A stretch of DNA of 64,000 bases from the human T2T-CHM13v2.0 reference genome, Homo sapiens. The stretch is from NCBI RefSeq assembly GCF_009914755.1, contig NC_060931.1; one strand, 5' to 3'. The notes below the pieces were generated by a model. The model saw only the letters and a list, made by a program, of their open reading frames with translations. It made no database searches and was not told where the DNA came from. Position numbers and translations under genes: made by a program. This document shows, one piece after another, positions 1-14,689 of this stretch. How positions within the stretch are numbered: the stretch's first letter is position 1; every line of letters starts with the position of its first letter.

Positions 1-3000
1 ACAATTAGCAAACACAGATGCCTAGTTACAGAAAAATCAAGAGAAAGGGAAAAGAAAAAGAAACTGTTCTGAGTTTGCTATGGACAGATACTTTGCTGAT
101 GAGATCATCCTGACATAGAACAATTATCAGTACCTATTTTGTTACTCATAGCATTCACATTACTCAGGAAGTCAAAAGGATGGTGGAAATAAGGAACTCA
201 AGGAGGAGAGGCAGGGGAGTAGAGAAAAGAAACAAATTCCTAAGGGAGGATGTAAACACAAGTGGAATCTTTCCTTTTATTCTGTTAGTTTCAAATGTGC
301 CAAGGTTATCAAAAAACTACAATTCTTACTTGATGGATGACAATAATCAGATACAATGGGTTGGCAATTGACCAACCTCCCCACAACATCCTCCAGTACT
401 TTTCCACTCGCTCATCTCAGTGCCTAAAAATCTCCCACCTTTTTCTTGGACAAAATGTTAGAAAAATCATTGGGAGTAATACGGAAGACAAATTGATGAA
501 AAATTAGGTGAGTGACTGGAGGATGAGTGAGGAAGCGAATACAGTCAATGAGCTGAGCAATGGTGAGGTCTGGAATAGAGGAGTGGCAGAAAGACAAGAA
601 GGGAAGGGCATATGAGAGAGATACGAAGTCCAAGGAAGCAACTCCTCTGTGGCCAGTTGGATGGGAAGAGGGAAAAGGAGCAAGAGTGACAGTGAAGTCG
701 TTTTGCATAGCTGTGGGGGTTACAACCTTCTGATACACTTACCTAACACCATGGACTTGTGGCCTGCTGAGCTGGAGAGAGCAAAAAAGAGCAAAGAAGG
801 CGGCAGCAGAGAGACTGTGAAAATAATGTAAAATTAGTGAAAACTGTGATGATGGAGGACAAAGACCACTTGTCAATGCCTCAAAGGCAGTTTGATAACA
901 CCTAAAATACAAGAAAATGGTTTCTGAGTTAGAATGTGTTATAGACAGAATTGGGGAAAGAAAATTCTGAAGGCTGGAGAAGAAAGAACAGAAGAAAGAG
1001 AATGAAAGGGAACACTACACTCTCCAGGTGCCCATCGAAGCCCAGCCCACAACCCCTCAGGAGTTAGTAACAGATCCTTTTCTTTTTCTCTTTCCAAATC
1101 TTTGGCATTCATGACATGATAAATGGAAAAGCAGAAATGAGAAAGAAAATCCCAGGGAGAAAAAAAAAGGAGATGTTAAAGCCTGGTCTTCTGAACAAAG
1201 ACAAAAGTTGTCAGGTGGAGCATGAGATCCAATCATGGATGCTGTTCGTAATGGCCTTTTTCCTACTTCTGATGACTGCGGTTCACGCATTGACCGTGGT
1301 TATCCAGGAGCAAGTATGGGCAGAAGGCCCACATACTTCTCTTCTAATACATAGTAGGAACCAAAGGTCCAGACCAAATAGTGCTATGACATGTCATCCT
1401 TGTCCAACTGAATATGTAAGTTTAATGACAATGATGTAAATGCCTACTTTTGATGAAGATAATTCCATTTCAAAGAAGGTTCCTAATGTTGCATGCAATA
1501 AAGTACTAGTACAACAAGATGATGTATATAATCTTTTGGCAATTATTCCTGGTGTTAAATGTGATATAAGCTTTTAACTGTGAGGTCCTAGCATGCCCTT
1601 GACAATGGAAATGAATATTCGTAAAATTCTTAGACACAGAAAGAACCACTACTGATATTTACTACCAGTGCTCAAGTACTTGGGAGGGAGATAACAAAGG
1701 CTTGACTGTGACACTGGAATCTTGGCTACATGGCCAGGCTAGCCAGATACATCTGAAAATCAAGATGAAATATTACATGTCTGAAAGGAAAGATTCACAA
1801 CCATACCTAAAACTTCAATACTTGAAATGATGATTAGATACACTGGTCCAAATCTCTTTCACAATTTCTACATCATGCTGTCTGTTACACTGCAGGGTGA
1901 TGGTCAAGGTCACCAACAACTAGATGCTGGGGACACATTCAGTCATGCAGCCTGGAATTTCTGAGTTGATTAGATACATGTGAAGAATTCATGACAGAAA
2001 AATTTTCTAAAATCAGCTGAAGGGGCCCCAAGCCTCTTTTGGGAAATAAAATGAATAAACAAATTATACATGGACAGCTTCTATGAGGAGATGTGAAATA
2101 GGGCAGTCTCAAACAAAGACATCCCTAGCAGCTGACAGCCTGGGGACATCTCTAATTCTGCTTACAGATGACTCCAGGAGACTGGCAGTGGACCAGTGAT
2201 TCAGGAAACCCACTCGGTACTGAGAAAGACTGTTTTCCACCAGTGTGAACTAGGGAAAGCCTGAAGTTTTTATCCACGTAACTAGTGCATAAAATTGTGG
2301 TTCTGAGTCAATCTGCAAAGATGTTATTTTCAGATTAGCTTACACTTCCGCCCTTGATTCTGTTTAGTTCAATCAATGAATTGCTCTTATTAGCAAAGGC
2401 TACATTTTAACAGTGAAGGAAGAAATGAATATATAAAAAATACACATCCCATTGAGAATCAAACTCTGAAGTTTTCTCTGCTGACTATAGCGTCAGACTA
2501 GAAGTGACAGCCAGAAATTGAGGTGGCTTTATATTCAGGTTTCCACTTTTAATTACTCAAATTCCAAATGGAGAATATTTGGCTTGGCAATAATTCATCA
2601 GAAAGAACTTTTAAGGAAAGGTCAGCATTCACCTTTTAGGTTTCCATTTTACTTTGCTAATTCAGACACTTCTGAATAATCAACTTGTACTCCAATTCCC
2701 TGAATTTGGCATAGCAGGGAAATCAGGTTAAAAGATATAACAAGAGAAACACTTCAGAGCTAGCACTCACTGAAGCTGAATTTCCAGCACTTAGAACAGT
2801 CTTTGATACATAGTAGGTGTTCAATAGATCGTTGTTAAATGAAGAGTTGAATGAATGAACTCAAGGATTTTGGTATGTGGGTGGCTCTTTCTTGGCCTTA
2901 GTTCAAAAATCAGGTTATTAATACATAGCAAGACTCTGCTTTCGGAACTGAAGCAATGCATTCATGTTAGGATTGAGGCACTCATTTTCCCAGAGGCTAA

Positions 3001-5025
3001 AAGTTTGCTGATAGCGCACAGCTGAGTCCTTCTCCAGAAAGGCTGCTACCTCACTCAAGGTTTATCCCCTTCCAGGGCAGAGCCTGATCTGTGTCCAATA
3101 ACCCTTGCCTCAATTTAGAAAACTCAAAATGGCTGTCCCAGGTCCAAAGGTCCCTGTGGGAGTCCTCAGTTGTGACTACAGCAAAGTTCAACATCTCCCT
3201 CTTCCTGGTCCCACTTTTCTTGCCCTGCACAGCTGTGGTTCCGTCTTGGGAAATCCTCAATAAAACCCTTGTACACAAAACTCAGTCTCACAGTCTGTTT
3301 CCCCAGAAACTCAAATGATGACAAGACCTATGACCGCAAATTCTTTTAAATTTGTCTTTATAAAGAAGTAGGCTGTATACTAGAAAGTGCCCTGGATTAA
3401 GAGAGAAAATATATAATTTCTTATTAAAATCCCACCACAGCAATGTAACCCTGTGCAAGGCAATCTTAAGTGTCCTTGTAATGATGCATGTGGCCAGTGT
3501 ATACAACAGCCCTCTGTAAACCATGAAGCCCTATGCAATGATTGGATGTTATTATTTATTATTAAACAGGATAGTTGTGACTCTGCAATGGCCAACACTG
3601 CACTACTCAAACCTTAGCAAGATGAATGAAAGTAATAATTTTATACAAAGATCTTAGAAGAAAGTCTTCAAAGGGAAGTCTAACTACCATCTGAGCTTAC
3701 ATTCCAGAGTTGTCAACCTGGTAAGACAGCAACCAAATGGACTAGGCTGGTCTATAAATAGTAAGAGTTGGCCATAATTTTGAGTATGTGTTACATAAAA
3801 TAAACCAATGAAAAGAGAAAATATTATTTTGGGCAGAGACTTAAGGATCTACCTGCAATTGATTGCTCTCATTGCCAAAGGCTAAGTTTTAACAGTGAAG
3901 GAAGGATCAAATATCATCATCATTTTAGGCCCAGTTCTTTGTCTGAAATCTAACATTATTAACTTCTAATATAGCACAGCACCAGAGCATATTTTATTTT
4001 CTTATAAAGAAAGAAAGCCTTTAGGTCATAAACAGAATTAGATGGCAAAAAAGTTTATATTAATAATAAGATCATATTTTGGCCCAATATTCCCCGGGTA
4101 TCAGAGTCCTTTGAAATTAGAAAGACATAGAGTAGGCTCATCTATAAACCAAGACAGCCAGAAACCGGCAAGTCAGGCTCTATGTGCTTACAAAAAAACA
4201 ATGAATTCAATCATCCATTTCCAAAGTAAAGGTCAGCAATTCTGCCGAACCCTGTCACTGTCTCTCTCCTCAAGCTATTTCAAACCTTCCTCTTTTTTTC
4301 CAGAACACTGATACTATCCATTTCCAACTTTCAACTAGTAAGCTTGCTTCTTCTTTTCCTGAGAAAATAAAAGCAATCAGAATAGAACTTCTGTTTCTCC
4401 CTAGCACCAAGTACACCAAGCTATCTGTATCTGTACTCCCTCCTCTGCCTTCTCTGGCTGTACTCGGGAGAACCTGCCCCACATTCCTGCCCACAACCTT
4501 CTATTGCTCACCAGGTTCCATCTTACCACCTACTCGAAGGCACTGCTCCTGCATTTGGCCCTCTTCTGAATCAAGTTCTCTCTCTAGTGAATTGGTCCCA
4601 CCAGCATACACACTTGCTGTATTATCTTACAAATTAAAAAAAAGAATCCTCCTTTGATTCTACTATATTCTTTTATAGTCATCATCCCATTTCTTTCCTT
4701 AGTTTTATAGTTAAATACCTTAAAAGAGCAATCTGTGGTGAATTATAGTCATATGTCATTTAATGAAAGGGATGTGTTTTAAGAAACATGTCGTTAGGTG
4801 ATTTCTTCATTGTGTGAACATCATAGAGTGTACTTAACACAAACCTAGGTGGAATCACCTACTACACACCTAGGCTATACGGTATAGCCTGTAGCTCCTA
4901 GGCTACAAACCTGTACAGCATGTTACTGTACTGAATACTGCAGGCAATTGTAACACAATGGCATTTGGGTATCTAAAATACCTAAACATAGAAAAGGTGC
5001 AGTAAAACTATGGTATTAAAATCTT

Positions 5026-5464
<439 letters not shown>

Positions 5465-6869
5465 TAAAATCTTATGGGACCACTGTTGTATATGCAGTCC
5501 ATCATTGATCAAGATGTCATTATGCAGCTCACATCTGACATTCACTTGACCCTATTTGCACACGAATCCTCTCTATGCACTTTCACATTTTTCACTCCAC
5601 AATCTCGTGAGGCTACCACTAACTACCCTCTACTCCAATCCAACTACCAATTCTTAGTGTGCATCTTACTCAACTTCTCTGAAACGCTGACAGCTAGACA
5701 GCTTTTATGAGTTATTTTTCTCTCTGATTCCAATGAACAAGCTCTCCTGCTGTTTTTGTAGCTAACCATAGGCTCCTCCTTGGTATTGCTCCTTCTTGGT
5801 CTCCTTTGCTGAATCCTCTGCATCTTCCCTACCTCTATTTACCAAGTTGCCAAGGTCAAAACATCAGAGGCAACTGAATTTTACACTCTTATGCAATACA
5901 GCGAATCCATCATCTCATCCTACCAGCATTACCTCCAAAATGTAGCCAGAATCCAACTGATTCTCTCCAACTCTACTACTTTAACTCTCTCATTCCTATT
6001 GCCTGTCACCTGGAGTATCACATTAGCCTGGTACCTGCTGCCCTATTTCCATCATTGCAACCTGAAAATGTTCTACCTAGTAGCCAAATTTATCTAGAAT
6101 AAATTCAGGCATGATACACTCCTCAAGTAGTTCCAACACCTTCTCATTACACTTTGAATAAAATCCAAAGCCTTCTCCATGGCCTATAAGCCCCCTCCAT
6201 GTGCTGACCCTTTAAAAGAACTTCCTGACTATCTCCATTCAACTAAGCAGGTTCCAGTCACATGGACATCCCTGACATTCATTAAATATACTAAGGATGC
6301 TTGGCCTTGGAACTTGCCATTTCCTCTGCCCAGGGATACTCTTCTAGAAATCCACATATACATGCACTCTTTTTGTTCTGGTCTCTCTTTAAATGTCACT
6401 TCTTCAGAAAGTCTCTTGCTGACCACCTTATCAAAAACAGGATCCTCTGTCACTGTTCTGCTTTACTTTCCTTTATAGCACTTGCTGCCATATTGTATTA
6501 TTTATTCAATTGTCTGTCTCTCCACTGGAACATAAGTTCCAGGGCAAGCACTTTTCTGTATCTTGAAATAGTACTAGAAATACTTGAAATAGTACTAGAA
6601 ATAAGGTAAGCAGTCAATTAATATTTGTTGAATTTATGAATGGCTGATTTGAGGTTGGAGGAAGATCCAAAAACAGAAACTTGTCCAACAAACCTGAGTG
6701 TGATAAACTAAGTCAAAGTCAGTTTAAATGTAAGAAGACATTTGAAATGGAATTGTGAAAGACTGACATGTAAATTTTTACTTATGTTATTAAAGACATT
6801 TATATGAAAAATAGGAAGTACTACTTGGAGGAAGCAGAAAACACAGTGATTAAATAAGTATTCAAAATG

Positions 6870-7050
6870 TCAGCCCCTTAGACTGTCTGAGTTTTCTGTG
6901 CCTCAATTGCTTTATATGTGAAATGGGAATAACAGTACTATCTATCACACTGAGATGTCGGGTGAGTTAAATTACACAATATATGTAAAAAAGGCATTTC
7001 CTAGCTCACAGCAATAGTACGATGTGTGTTAACCATTATTATTATTATAT
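6870..7050 (+). mobile_element. MIR relic
   Basis: Core tctgtgcctcaattgctttatatgtgaaatgggaataacagtac. Confidence 0.6.
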
Positions 7051-8069
7051 TTTTAATAAAATGATAAATATAAGAGACAGACAAGAGATGGGAAAAGACA
7101 GTAAAAGAAACTAAGCACGAAACTCTGGGTAAATGTCAAATCGTGAAAATAGGAATAAACATAAACACACTTGCAAAAAGGAAGGACAATGCCCTTCAGA
7201 GGACAAATTGACATCATTTAACTCCTCAGACAGATTTCAACTTGGAAAGCCTACCTCCACCAAATGGAGGCCTAATCTCTACTGAACAGCCCTGTTGTCA
7301 ACTTGTTAAATGAGGGGGAAAGATTCAATTTTAGATGAAGCTATTGATAGGGAAAAAAAATCAGTGTTTTTAGCAAACTCTTGAAGCACAATGTACTTAC
7401 ATGGTTTCTAATGCTTATACTCATTATGAATGATGTTGGAGCTTTAAAAACTCTACTAAGGAAATATGCTGATGAAAAATTTTTTAATCCTGTGTAATTT
7501 CTATAAAACTAAACATTTATTATATTATAATCTGTTCTTAAGAAATGTCTAGTTTAACTACTGCATTTAACAGATAAGGAAACAGAAGCCTGAAGAAGAC
7601 AAATGCATCGCCCAAGGTCACACACTTAATTAGTGGTTAGACTGGATTTTCTCATTCTTGCTTATATATTTTATCTTTCTTTCATTATTTAAATGACGTT
7701 TGCTAGAAAAATAGGTACAGAATGTTTCCATAGCCCCATCACAGTTATTATCACATTTTTTAAAAAAAGAAAAAAAGCTCCAGAAAATCAGGAACGAATT
7801 CTGTTGTTTTTTTTTCTTCCAACCCCTGCTCACGGTAAGGACTCAATAAAGGTACACTGAATAAATTATGTTATAATGTTGGATTTTCTAGTTTCATCTT
7901 TCAATGACTAACATCTAGTGTGGTATCTGACATATAACTGATGCAAACATGTAATTATTGAAAGTATGAATGCATGAATGGTTGAATGGCTCTACCATTT
8001 TGGCATAGTTAACAAATTCAGTTGAGCTCAAATATGCAAACTGGAAACAATTTAAAAAATCTTGATCCA

Positions 8070-8488
8070 CCTCCTCTGATCATTTTGAAAGTGGGTTAGA
8101 CTTAGTGACTTATTCCTAAAGAATAGAGTAGGGAAGGGGAAAAAATTGTAAGTCTATGGTGAAGGAACTTGGCAAATACCACCTTTACCAAATGATCAGG
8201 TTAACATCACCAGGGATGTCATGTGTATATCACATAAGTCTTGACATGATGGGGCAAAAAGCCTACTTCACCTCTACAGTATTCTTTCTAAAAACCCATA
8301 AATCCAGTGTAATTATGAGTAAAACAACAGACAAAGCCAGATTGGAAGATATTCTACAGGAAGCAGTATTCCCCCAAAACCATCAAGGTCATAAGAAAAA
8401 GAAAAGAAAAGAAAAGTAAAGAAAAGAAAAGAAAAAGAAAGAAAGAAAGAAAGAAAAGAAAAAGAAAGAAAGAAAGAAAGAAAAGAAA

Positions 8489-8552
<64 letters not shown>

Positions 8553-8915
8553 GAAAGAAAGAAAGAAGGAAAGAAAGAGGGAGAGAGAGAGGGCGGGAGG
8601 GAGGGAGAAAGAGAGAGAAAGAGAGAGAAAGAAAGAAAGATAAAAAAAGAAAGAACGCTGAGAAACGGTTACAGATCAGAAGAGACTAGGGAGCTATGAC
8701 AACTCAATGCAATATGGTATCCTAGATTTGATCCTGGGATAGAAATTCCAAAGGTTTAGTTAATAGTAATGTAGCAATATCAGTTTCCTTGACAAACGCA
8801 CCATGGTAATGTAAAGTGTTTAACAATGAGAAAAACTGGGGGAGGAATGCACAGGAATGCCCTGTATTACCTTTGTAACTTTTTTGTAAATCTAAAATTA
8901 TTCCAAAATAAAAAT
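8070..8915 (+). mobile_element. Old L1 (L1MC/MD-like) 3' region, containing a GAAA STR
   Basis: Motifs tgcaatatggtatcctagatttgatcctgg and gtaaatctaaaattattccaaaataaaa. Confidence 0.65.
8394..8655. repeat. Complex (GAAA)n/(GAAAA)n/(GA)n polypurine microsatellite
   Basis: About 260 bp almost entirely A/G on the + strand, with a long pure GAAA run. Confidence 0.97.
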
Positions 8916-11900
8916 TTGTTGCAAAAAATTCAGTGGTGGATAACAGATGACACACTTAAGAGAATGTATTAGGACTTAAGGAAGGAAATTTGCAGGTAAA
9001 CGTTCAGATCATCCTATATGGGCATTCAGTATTTACATGCTTCATAGATTTAAGTATCTTGTCATTACAGCAGATGTTTACACAAGTAGACACAATAAAA
9101 GTAAATTGAATGATTTAGTTACACTTTCTTCCCATAATCTTTCTGTGATATTTACCAGTATTTTCAATTCTATTTTTGAAAGTAAGAAAGTGAGTTGGAG
9201 GGTGGTGGTGTGTGCAGTTTGAAGTGAGCTGCCTCAAGCCAGGAAGAGTTCTACATAGAGGAAGTCAGCCTCTATGACCTACTTTGAGTCTGGTTTTATG
9301 GACTTGAAGACTGATGAGCAGTATGACAGCAGGGCCTCTCTAACAACAACCACCACAAGCATCATAGCTACCATTTTTGGAGAGCACACTAATGTGCCAG
9401 ACTTCACACCAAGGGTTCCATATACAGCATTACATTTAACCCTCAGCACTGAATGGGGTTATAATTATATTTTCATTTTACAGATGAGAGATTTGATCAT
9501 CAGAGAAATTAAATGACTTTGTCAAGGTTTCAACTGAGATTCAAACACCAAAATTTCTGACTTTTCTACTAAATCACCAAACAAGGAAATTCCATTAGGG
9601 CAAATGCTTAACTAAATACCTAGTTTGGTTAACACTAACGATACTAGGATTTTACCCTATTTATTGATATATTATGCATTACATGTTATAAACATCCAGA
9701 TAATACTGAATTATACTGAGATCATGTATGTAAAAGCATTGTCAAACACTGTATTTGATATACAACAAATGTTAATTCCCTATCCTTATAGACTACATCT
9801 GTTTTCAATTGGCTTCAAGCTGGTTTCTACTGCTTGTGTTTTAAACCCTAGATCTGTGTAAATTATCATGGCAATTTAAAAGTGCAGAATAAACTGGTGC
9901 TCAAACTGAAGTTTAACCAGTTTGCATGGGAACAGAGTTAAATTTGGGGGAATATCAAGTTATCTCAGATTTTTAAAAAATATATCATGTGTCAGTGAAT
10001 CTCTTCTGGGGTTAGAAATACAACAGATTTTTAAAAACAGATCATCCTTTGCCTAGATTATATGATTATAAGCTTTATTAAGGACCCACTTGTATACTTC
10101 TGTTTATGAGAGTGATTTTCTGATATCATTATTACAGATTTGCTTTAATTTTTTTAATATGGCCACTTTCTCTTTATGTTCTACCTCTTAAGTTGAATAG
10201 ACTGTCCCCTCTTGCAAACCACAACTATTATCTGAGGGTTGATAAATCCTATGGAGTGAGGAAGACTTTTAGTGTCTTACATAAGTCTGAAATTTACCAG
10301 CAAGAGCTGAGGGAAAGATTGACAAGGACTAAATTTTTCCGGGATATTATTTTAGAAGGATTGCCCCCCAGTGAGATGGGGCTAAGTGGAAGAGGAATGG
10401 GAAATATCTGAAAGAGTATAGTCCTCTTTCTCTGTGCTAAAATAAGCAAAGCAATTTAAAGGGCTGCCATCCATTATTGTCAGGGAGCCCTGCATTATGG
10501 ACGGAAGATGGGCTTTGTTAGGTGACAAACATGCGAGCTTGTTATCTAACGGGAACAATGAGCAAGATTCTGCTAAACAGTGATGGAAAAGAACCACATG
10601 CTGCCTGAAGATATCACTTGGCACACCATCAAGAAATGGAACTAACTTCAAACGCAGTACCATGCTACTGCTCTAGGTCAGTCATTGATGACAATAAATG
10701 AATGACCTAAGAGGATTCACTCTCTTTGTTCTGGGATGCAGGTCAGAGTACATTCCTAGAGTCCCTTTTATCTAGATGTGTTGTGCAAATTTCACTTAAT
10801 TAATGCTTCTGAAATAACATTTATTTTGGCATGCACCTCATATATGGACTTAAGCTTGCTTTTGTCTTTATACTCAGTTTGAGCCCTGTCAGCCTTCCCA
10901 TGAATCTGTATTCTGTTTCAAGTTGGAACCAGGCAAAAGAGTAAAGGTTAGTAGGAGTGAATCCAGAACCTCAAAGGATAAACTTTCCTGAAAAACCACA
11001 GTTAGAAGCACCATCACCGCATATTAAAAGTAGAATGATTGAGTTGGTCACTTTTAATTCCAATTCTTTTATTGTTTTCTTCAAATCCAAATCATTGGAA
11101 TGAATTTTTACATCTTTAGAATAACTCCTTTATCCCCTTTTAGAGAGTATATGTGTTCTTTGGGGTCCCAAAGACACTGTTCAATTTATTTGGCTTACAT
11201 TTATGCCATATTTGACTTAAGAAGTTTCTTCACATAGAAATTTTATCACATATGCTGAGTAAAGCCCTTGCCAGAAAATGTCATCTTGTTGGAAAACCTC
11301 AAACCACAATTACCTCCAGGAATGGTAGACAGATAATGCCACAGAAAAGATAAAACAGATAATTGAAAGCTATAAATAAGCTTCAAATCTCATTTCAGCT
11401 AAAAATTTCAAATGTGTCCCCACTCCAAATTGAATTTCTTCAGAGTTGATCGTAAGCTGCAAAATATTATTTGAGATCTGTTATCTTCTTTTAAGAACTG
11501 TTAGCTATTTGTTTGGAAGCTTCAAACAAGAAAGAACATAAAACACTGTTCTTTATGATTAGTAACCTTTAGAACTCAATTTAATTTGCATTGTAGCTAC
11601 ACTTCCCATCGCAAAAATATATGTCTAACACTTTATGGATCAAACAGATTATATGCTAGTCTGTCGCTTATAAGTTCACTTAGATTAGAAAATGTAATAT
11701 GTTGTTTACAGAAGGAAGAAATTCAGAGGTTTGGGGAATTGCTCCTCCTCCAGCTCACACTTTCCTATAAAAGGAAATGAGGGTAAAGTATGGAAGTGAG
11801 AAGGCTGGGGAGAAATTAAAAGATATTGATGTCTAAGGAAAACAACATAAAGGGTTTAGGAAGCTGAAGCAGCTGAGAGAATTAAGAAAGAAAATTCACA

Positions 11901-13077
11901 GCAAATTCTCTAGTAGATTCAGTGATTAGGCTACCAGGGATATGGCTCCTCACCTCGTGGCAACTCCAGATTGTAGAACCCTCTGTACCCACCCCTGGGA
12001 TTATCCTTGGACCTCAGAATTTCCATCCACTAAAGCTTACTTCAGATCAGTCTCAGAAACCAGAGCTCAGAAAAGACCATCCCAGGAAGGCTTTCCTACT
12101 ATTAATCCTGCCAGTTCTAACTATTTTCCTCTTTTACACAGGTAGCCAGGTCTACACTTAGAGACCATTTGGGGACTGGGTTCGTAAGTCTTTGGTTCCA
12201 TATAAAAGTCATTTCTTTATATCAGCATCATTGCCTATTCCCTTGGACACCAGTTTTCCTTATCTTCTTTGACTTTATTGCAGTTGACTATTGGCCCCCA
12301 CAATTAGGAAGGAGCCGAGAACCCTAATATCTAACACTCTCATGGTCTTAACTTCTGGCTTATTTTAACCAATTACCTCATAAATTATTATACAGACAGA
12401 TTTAATGCAGTGATCAGAATGTACCAGATTGTAAAAAGTGTCCAATACATACTGATTGACTAGTGAGATGAACTAACAATTAGCTATGTATTCAAAGAAG
12501 CATACAGAAAATACAAACTTTGAGAAGTAATTCATACGTCGACTCAAGTGCAGGTTTCAAAAATAATGGCACCTCATCATCAATGAATCACTTTAATATC
12601 ACAACATTCCCGTAGGCCCTTCTCTGACATTATATAATAGCATAATATCTAGAAGTGCTGAATGTGCCTCTTTGCCACATCTCTGTGACGAATGAGGGCA
12701 GTGTTTGATAACGCAGCCTCCAAGAAGAGATCTGTGTTGTCTCAAGAGTTTTCTGGATGGTGCTATACCATTGGTATCACGAACTTTTTGCTTTCCTCAT
12801 TTTAGGCAAATCTGAGACTAAAGTGGCGAATAAGCCAAGAGATCCTGACTTGGCATCCACAGCAGAATGATTTTATTCAGCTGCTTTCCTTTTCCAGTTC
12901 CTTTTTCTGTAGCCCATACATTATCACTTGGAGCCCACATGTTACTGTGTTTCACTTCACTTCTCTAACCATGATTTTCAGGCACAAGGATAAATGAATC
13001 TACCCATCAAACCAAGGAGGATCAAGAAGCTGAAGATAGGCTGATCGCATGAAATCAATGAGGCACTTCCAACTTAC

Positions 13078-13178
13078 AAGCTTCTCGGAGTTTCTCCTTG
13101 TCATAGTGGAATCCTTCATAGTCTTGTAAACTGATTTTGTTCACCCGGATCCTCAGACGATCTGGGACAGACTGGGGA
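13078..13178 (-). CDS. DGKI: DGKI coding exon (101 nt): PQSVPDRLRIRVNKISLQDYEGFHYDKEKLREA
   Basis: gttttgcag|TCCCCAG...GAAGCTT|gtaagt, phase 2 to phase 1. Continues the frame from either the 200-nt or the 63-nt exon. Confidence 0.97.
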
Positions 13179-14234
13179 CTGCAAAACAAGAACCGAGTGG
13201 TCAGATACAAATGAGAGAGCGGAATTGGTAGCCATGCACCTGAAGGAATAAGGGCAATATTGTCTCTTCATGTTTAGAAGGAAGAGTTCACATTCAAACC
13301 AGAAAGGTGGGTTCCTTATCAGAATTGAACAGTGATCTGGAGAACACTTCTCCAGAAACCAAAAGTTTCTGGAATTTACATAAGAATATAGAAATATGCA
13401 AAAAGAGCCTTTGGAGCCCACTTTTATATCGTATTTTCTATTGATTTTTTAAAACATTTAATAAGATCATGTGCTTGTTACATAATAAATTAGATTCAGC
13501 AAATCTGAAATAGTGGGAGGTGGAGTGGAGCTTTAAGAACCACAGGCAGATATGCACATCACAGTAAGACATGGTCAGGGGCAGCCTGACCCTCAGAGAG
13601 ATGGAAAAACTATCTTTAAAAAGCAGACCAAGAGTCCAGAAGCCACAGGGTTGAGACCGAAGTAGCTCTACACAGCTCAATAGCCTCTTTTGACAGCACC
13701 TCTCAGTCAAAGCATATTGCAATAAACACTGCTTGTAATGGTGGCTCTGAGCATTCCAAAATGAAGAAAAATGTTTAAATATGTACAGTGTCCTTTCTTT
13801 AGGAAGAGAATGAAGTGCGTAACTCATTTTGAAAGAATTCAATGCATACTGACTCCAGACACATATTAAGCAATAAAATGGTGCAGCACCAAACTTTCTG
13901 AACATCTATTCACTCCCCAAATGTCTGTAACTCGACTCCTTGATTTTCTTAAGCGATATTTTGAAAGTGGTTTAATCTTGGGCATTAGTTGAGTGGAATA
14001 ATTTGGTTTTCATCACCACCACGATGGGTCAATACATTTCTTCAATATATTAATATAACAAAATACCTACTTGTCTTTCAATACGACCTTATACTGGGAT
14101 TTCATTGGTTGAGAGAATTTTCTCATACAGAGGCTTCTCTTTTTTTTTATATTAAATGGTGACAAAAGTCACCACTGACTAACGTCATTGACTAAAGTAG
14201 AAAGAATGGCATTATTCTTTAATTTGTTCCTGTA

Positions 14235-14375
14235 AAGGAGGAAAAGGAAGGAAAGAAGGAAACAGAAATAAAGAAAAAAAGAAAGAGAAAGACGGAGGGA
14301 GAGAGGAAGGGAGAGAATGAGGGAGGGAAAGAAGGAAAACAGGAAAGATAAGAAAGAATACATGAAAGAAGGGAA
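14235..14375. repeat. GA-rich low-complexity tract
   Basis: Purine-rich ggaa/gaga stretch. Confidence 0.8.
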
Positions 14376-14633
14376 TACTGTGTCTACAATATTAGGACAC
14401 CCCTCTCTACCTTCACTTCAAACTCACACACACAGAGACACAGACACACACCCATTTAATTTCAGTAAAACTCTGGAAGAGGGAGTAAAAAAATAATCTC
14501 ATTCTGTTGTCTAAAGCCTCATTTTAGTGCAAAGTATAGTAACTCCCTCCATATGGAATCCCACTTTACTCACCCAAAATAGCACATACATATCAAACTA
14601 TAGATACATATGTGCACACTCACACATGGTGCA

Positions 14634-14634
<1 letters not shown>

Positions 14635-14664
<30 letters not shown>

Positions 14665-14689
14665 ACACACACACAGACAGAGAGAGAGA
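14635..14689. repeat. Compound (TC)n(AC)n(AG)n microsatellite
   Basis: tctctctc...cacacacacaca gacagagagagaga. Confidence 0.9.

Noticed and set aside
4869-4905. Palindrome aggctatac-g-gtatagcct
   Set aside because: It is an intrinsic part of the Tigger3 element.
13116-13421. 101-aa minus ORF overlapping the 101-nt exon
   Set aside because: It is mostly intron and out of frame with DGKI.
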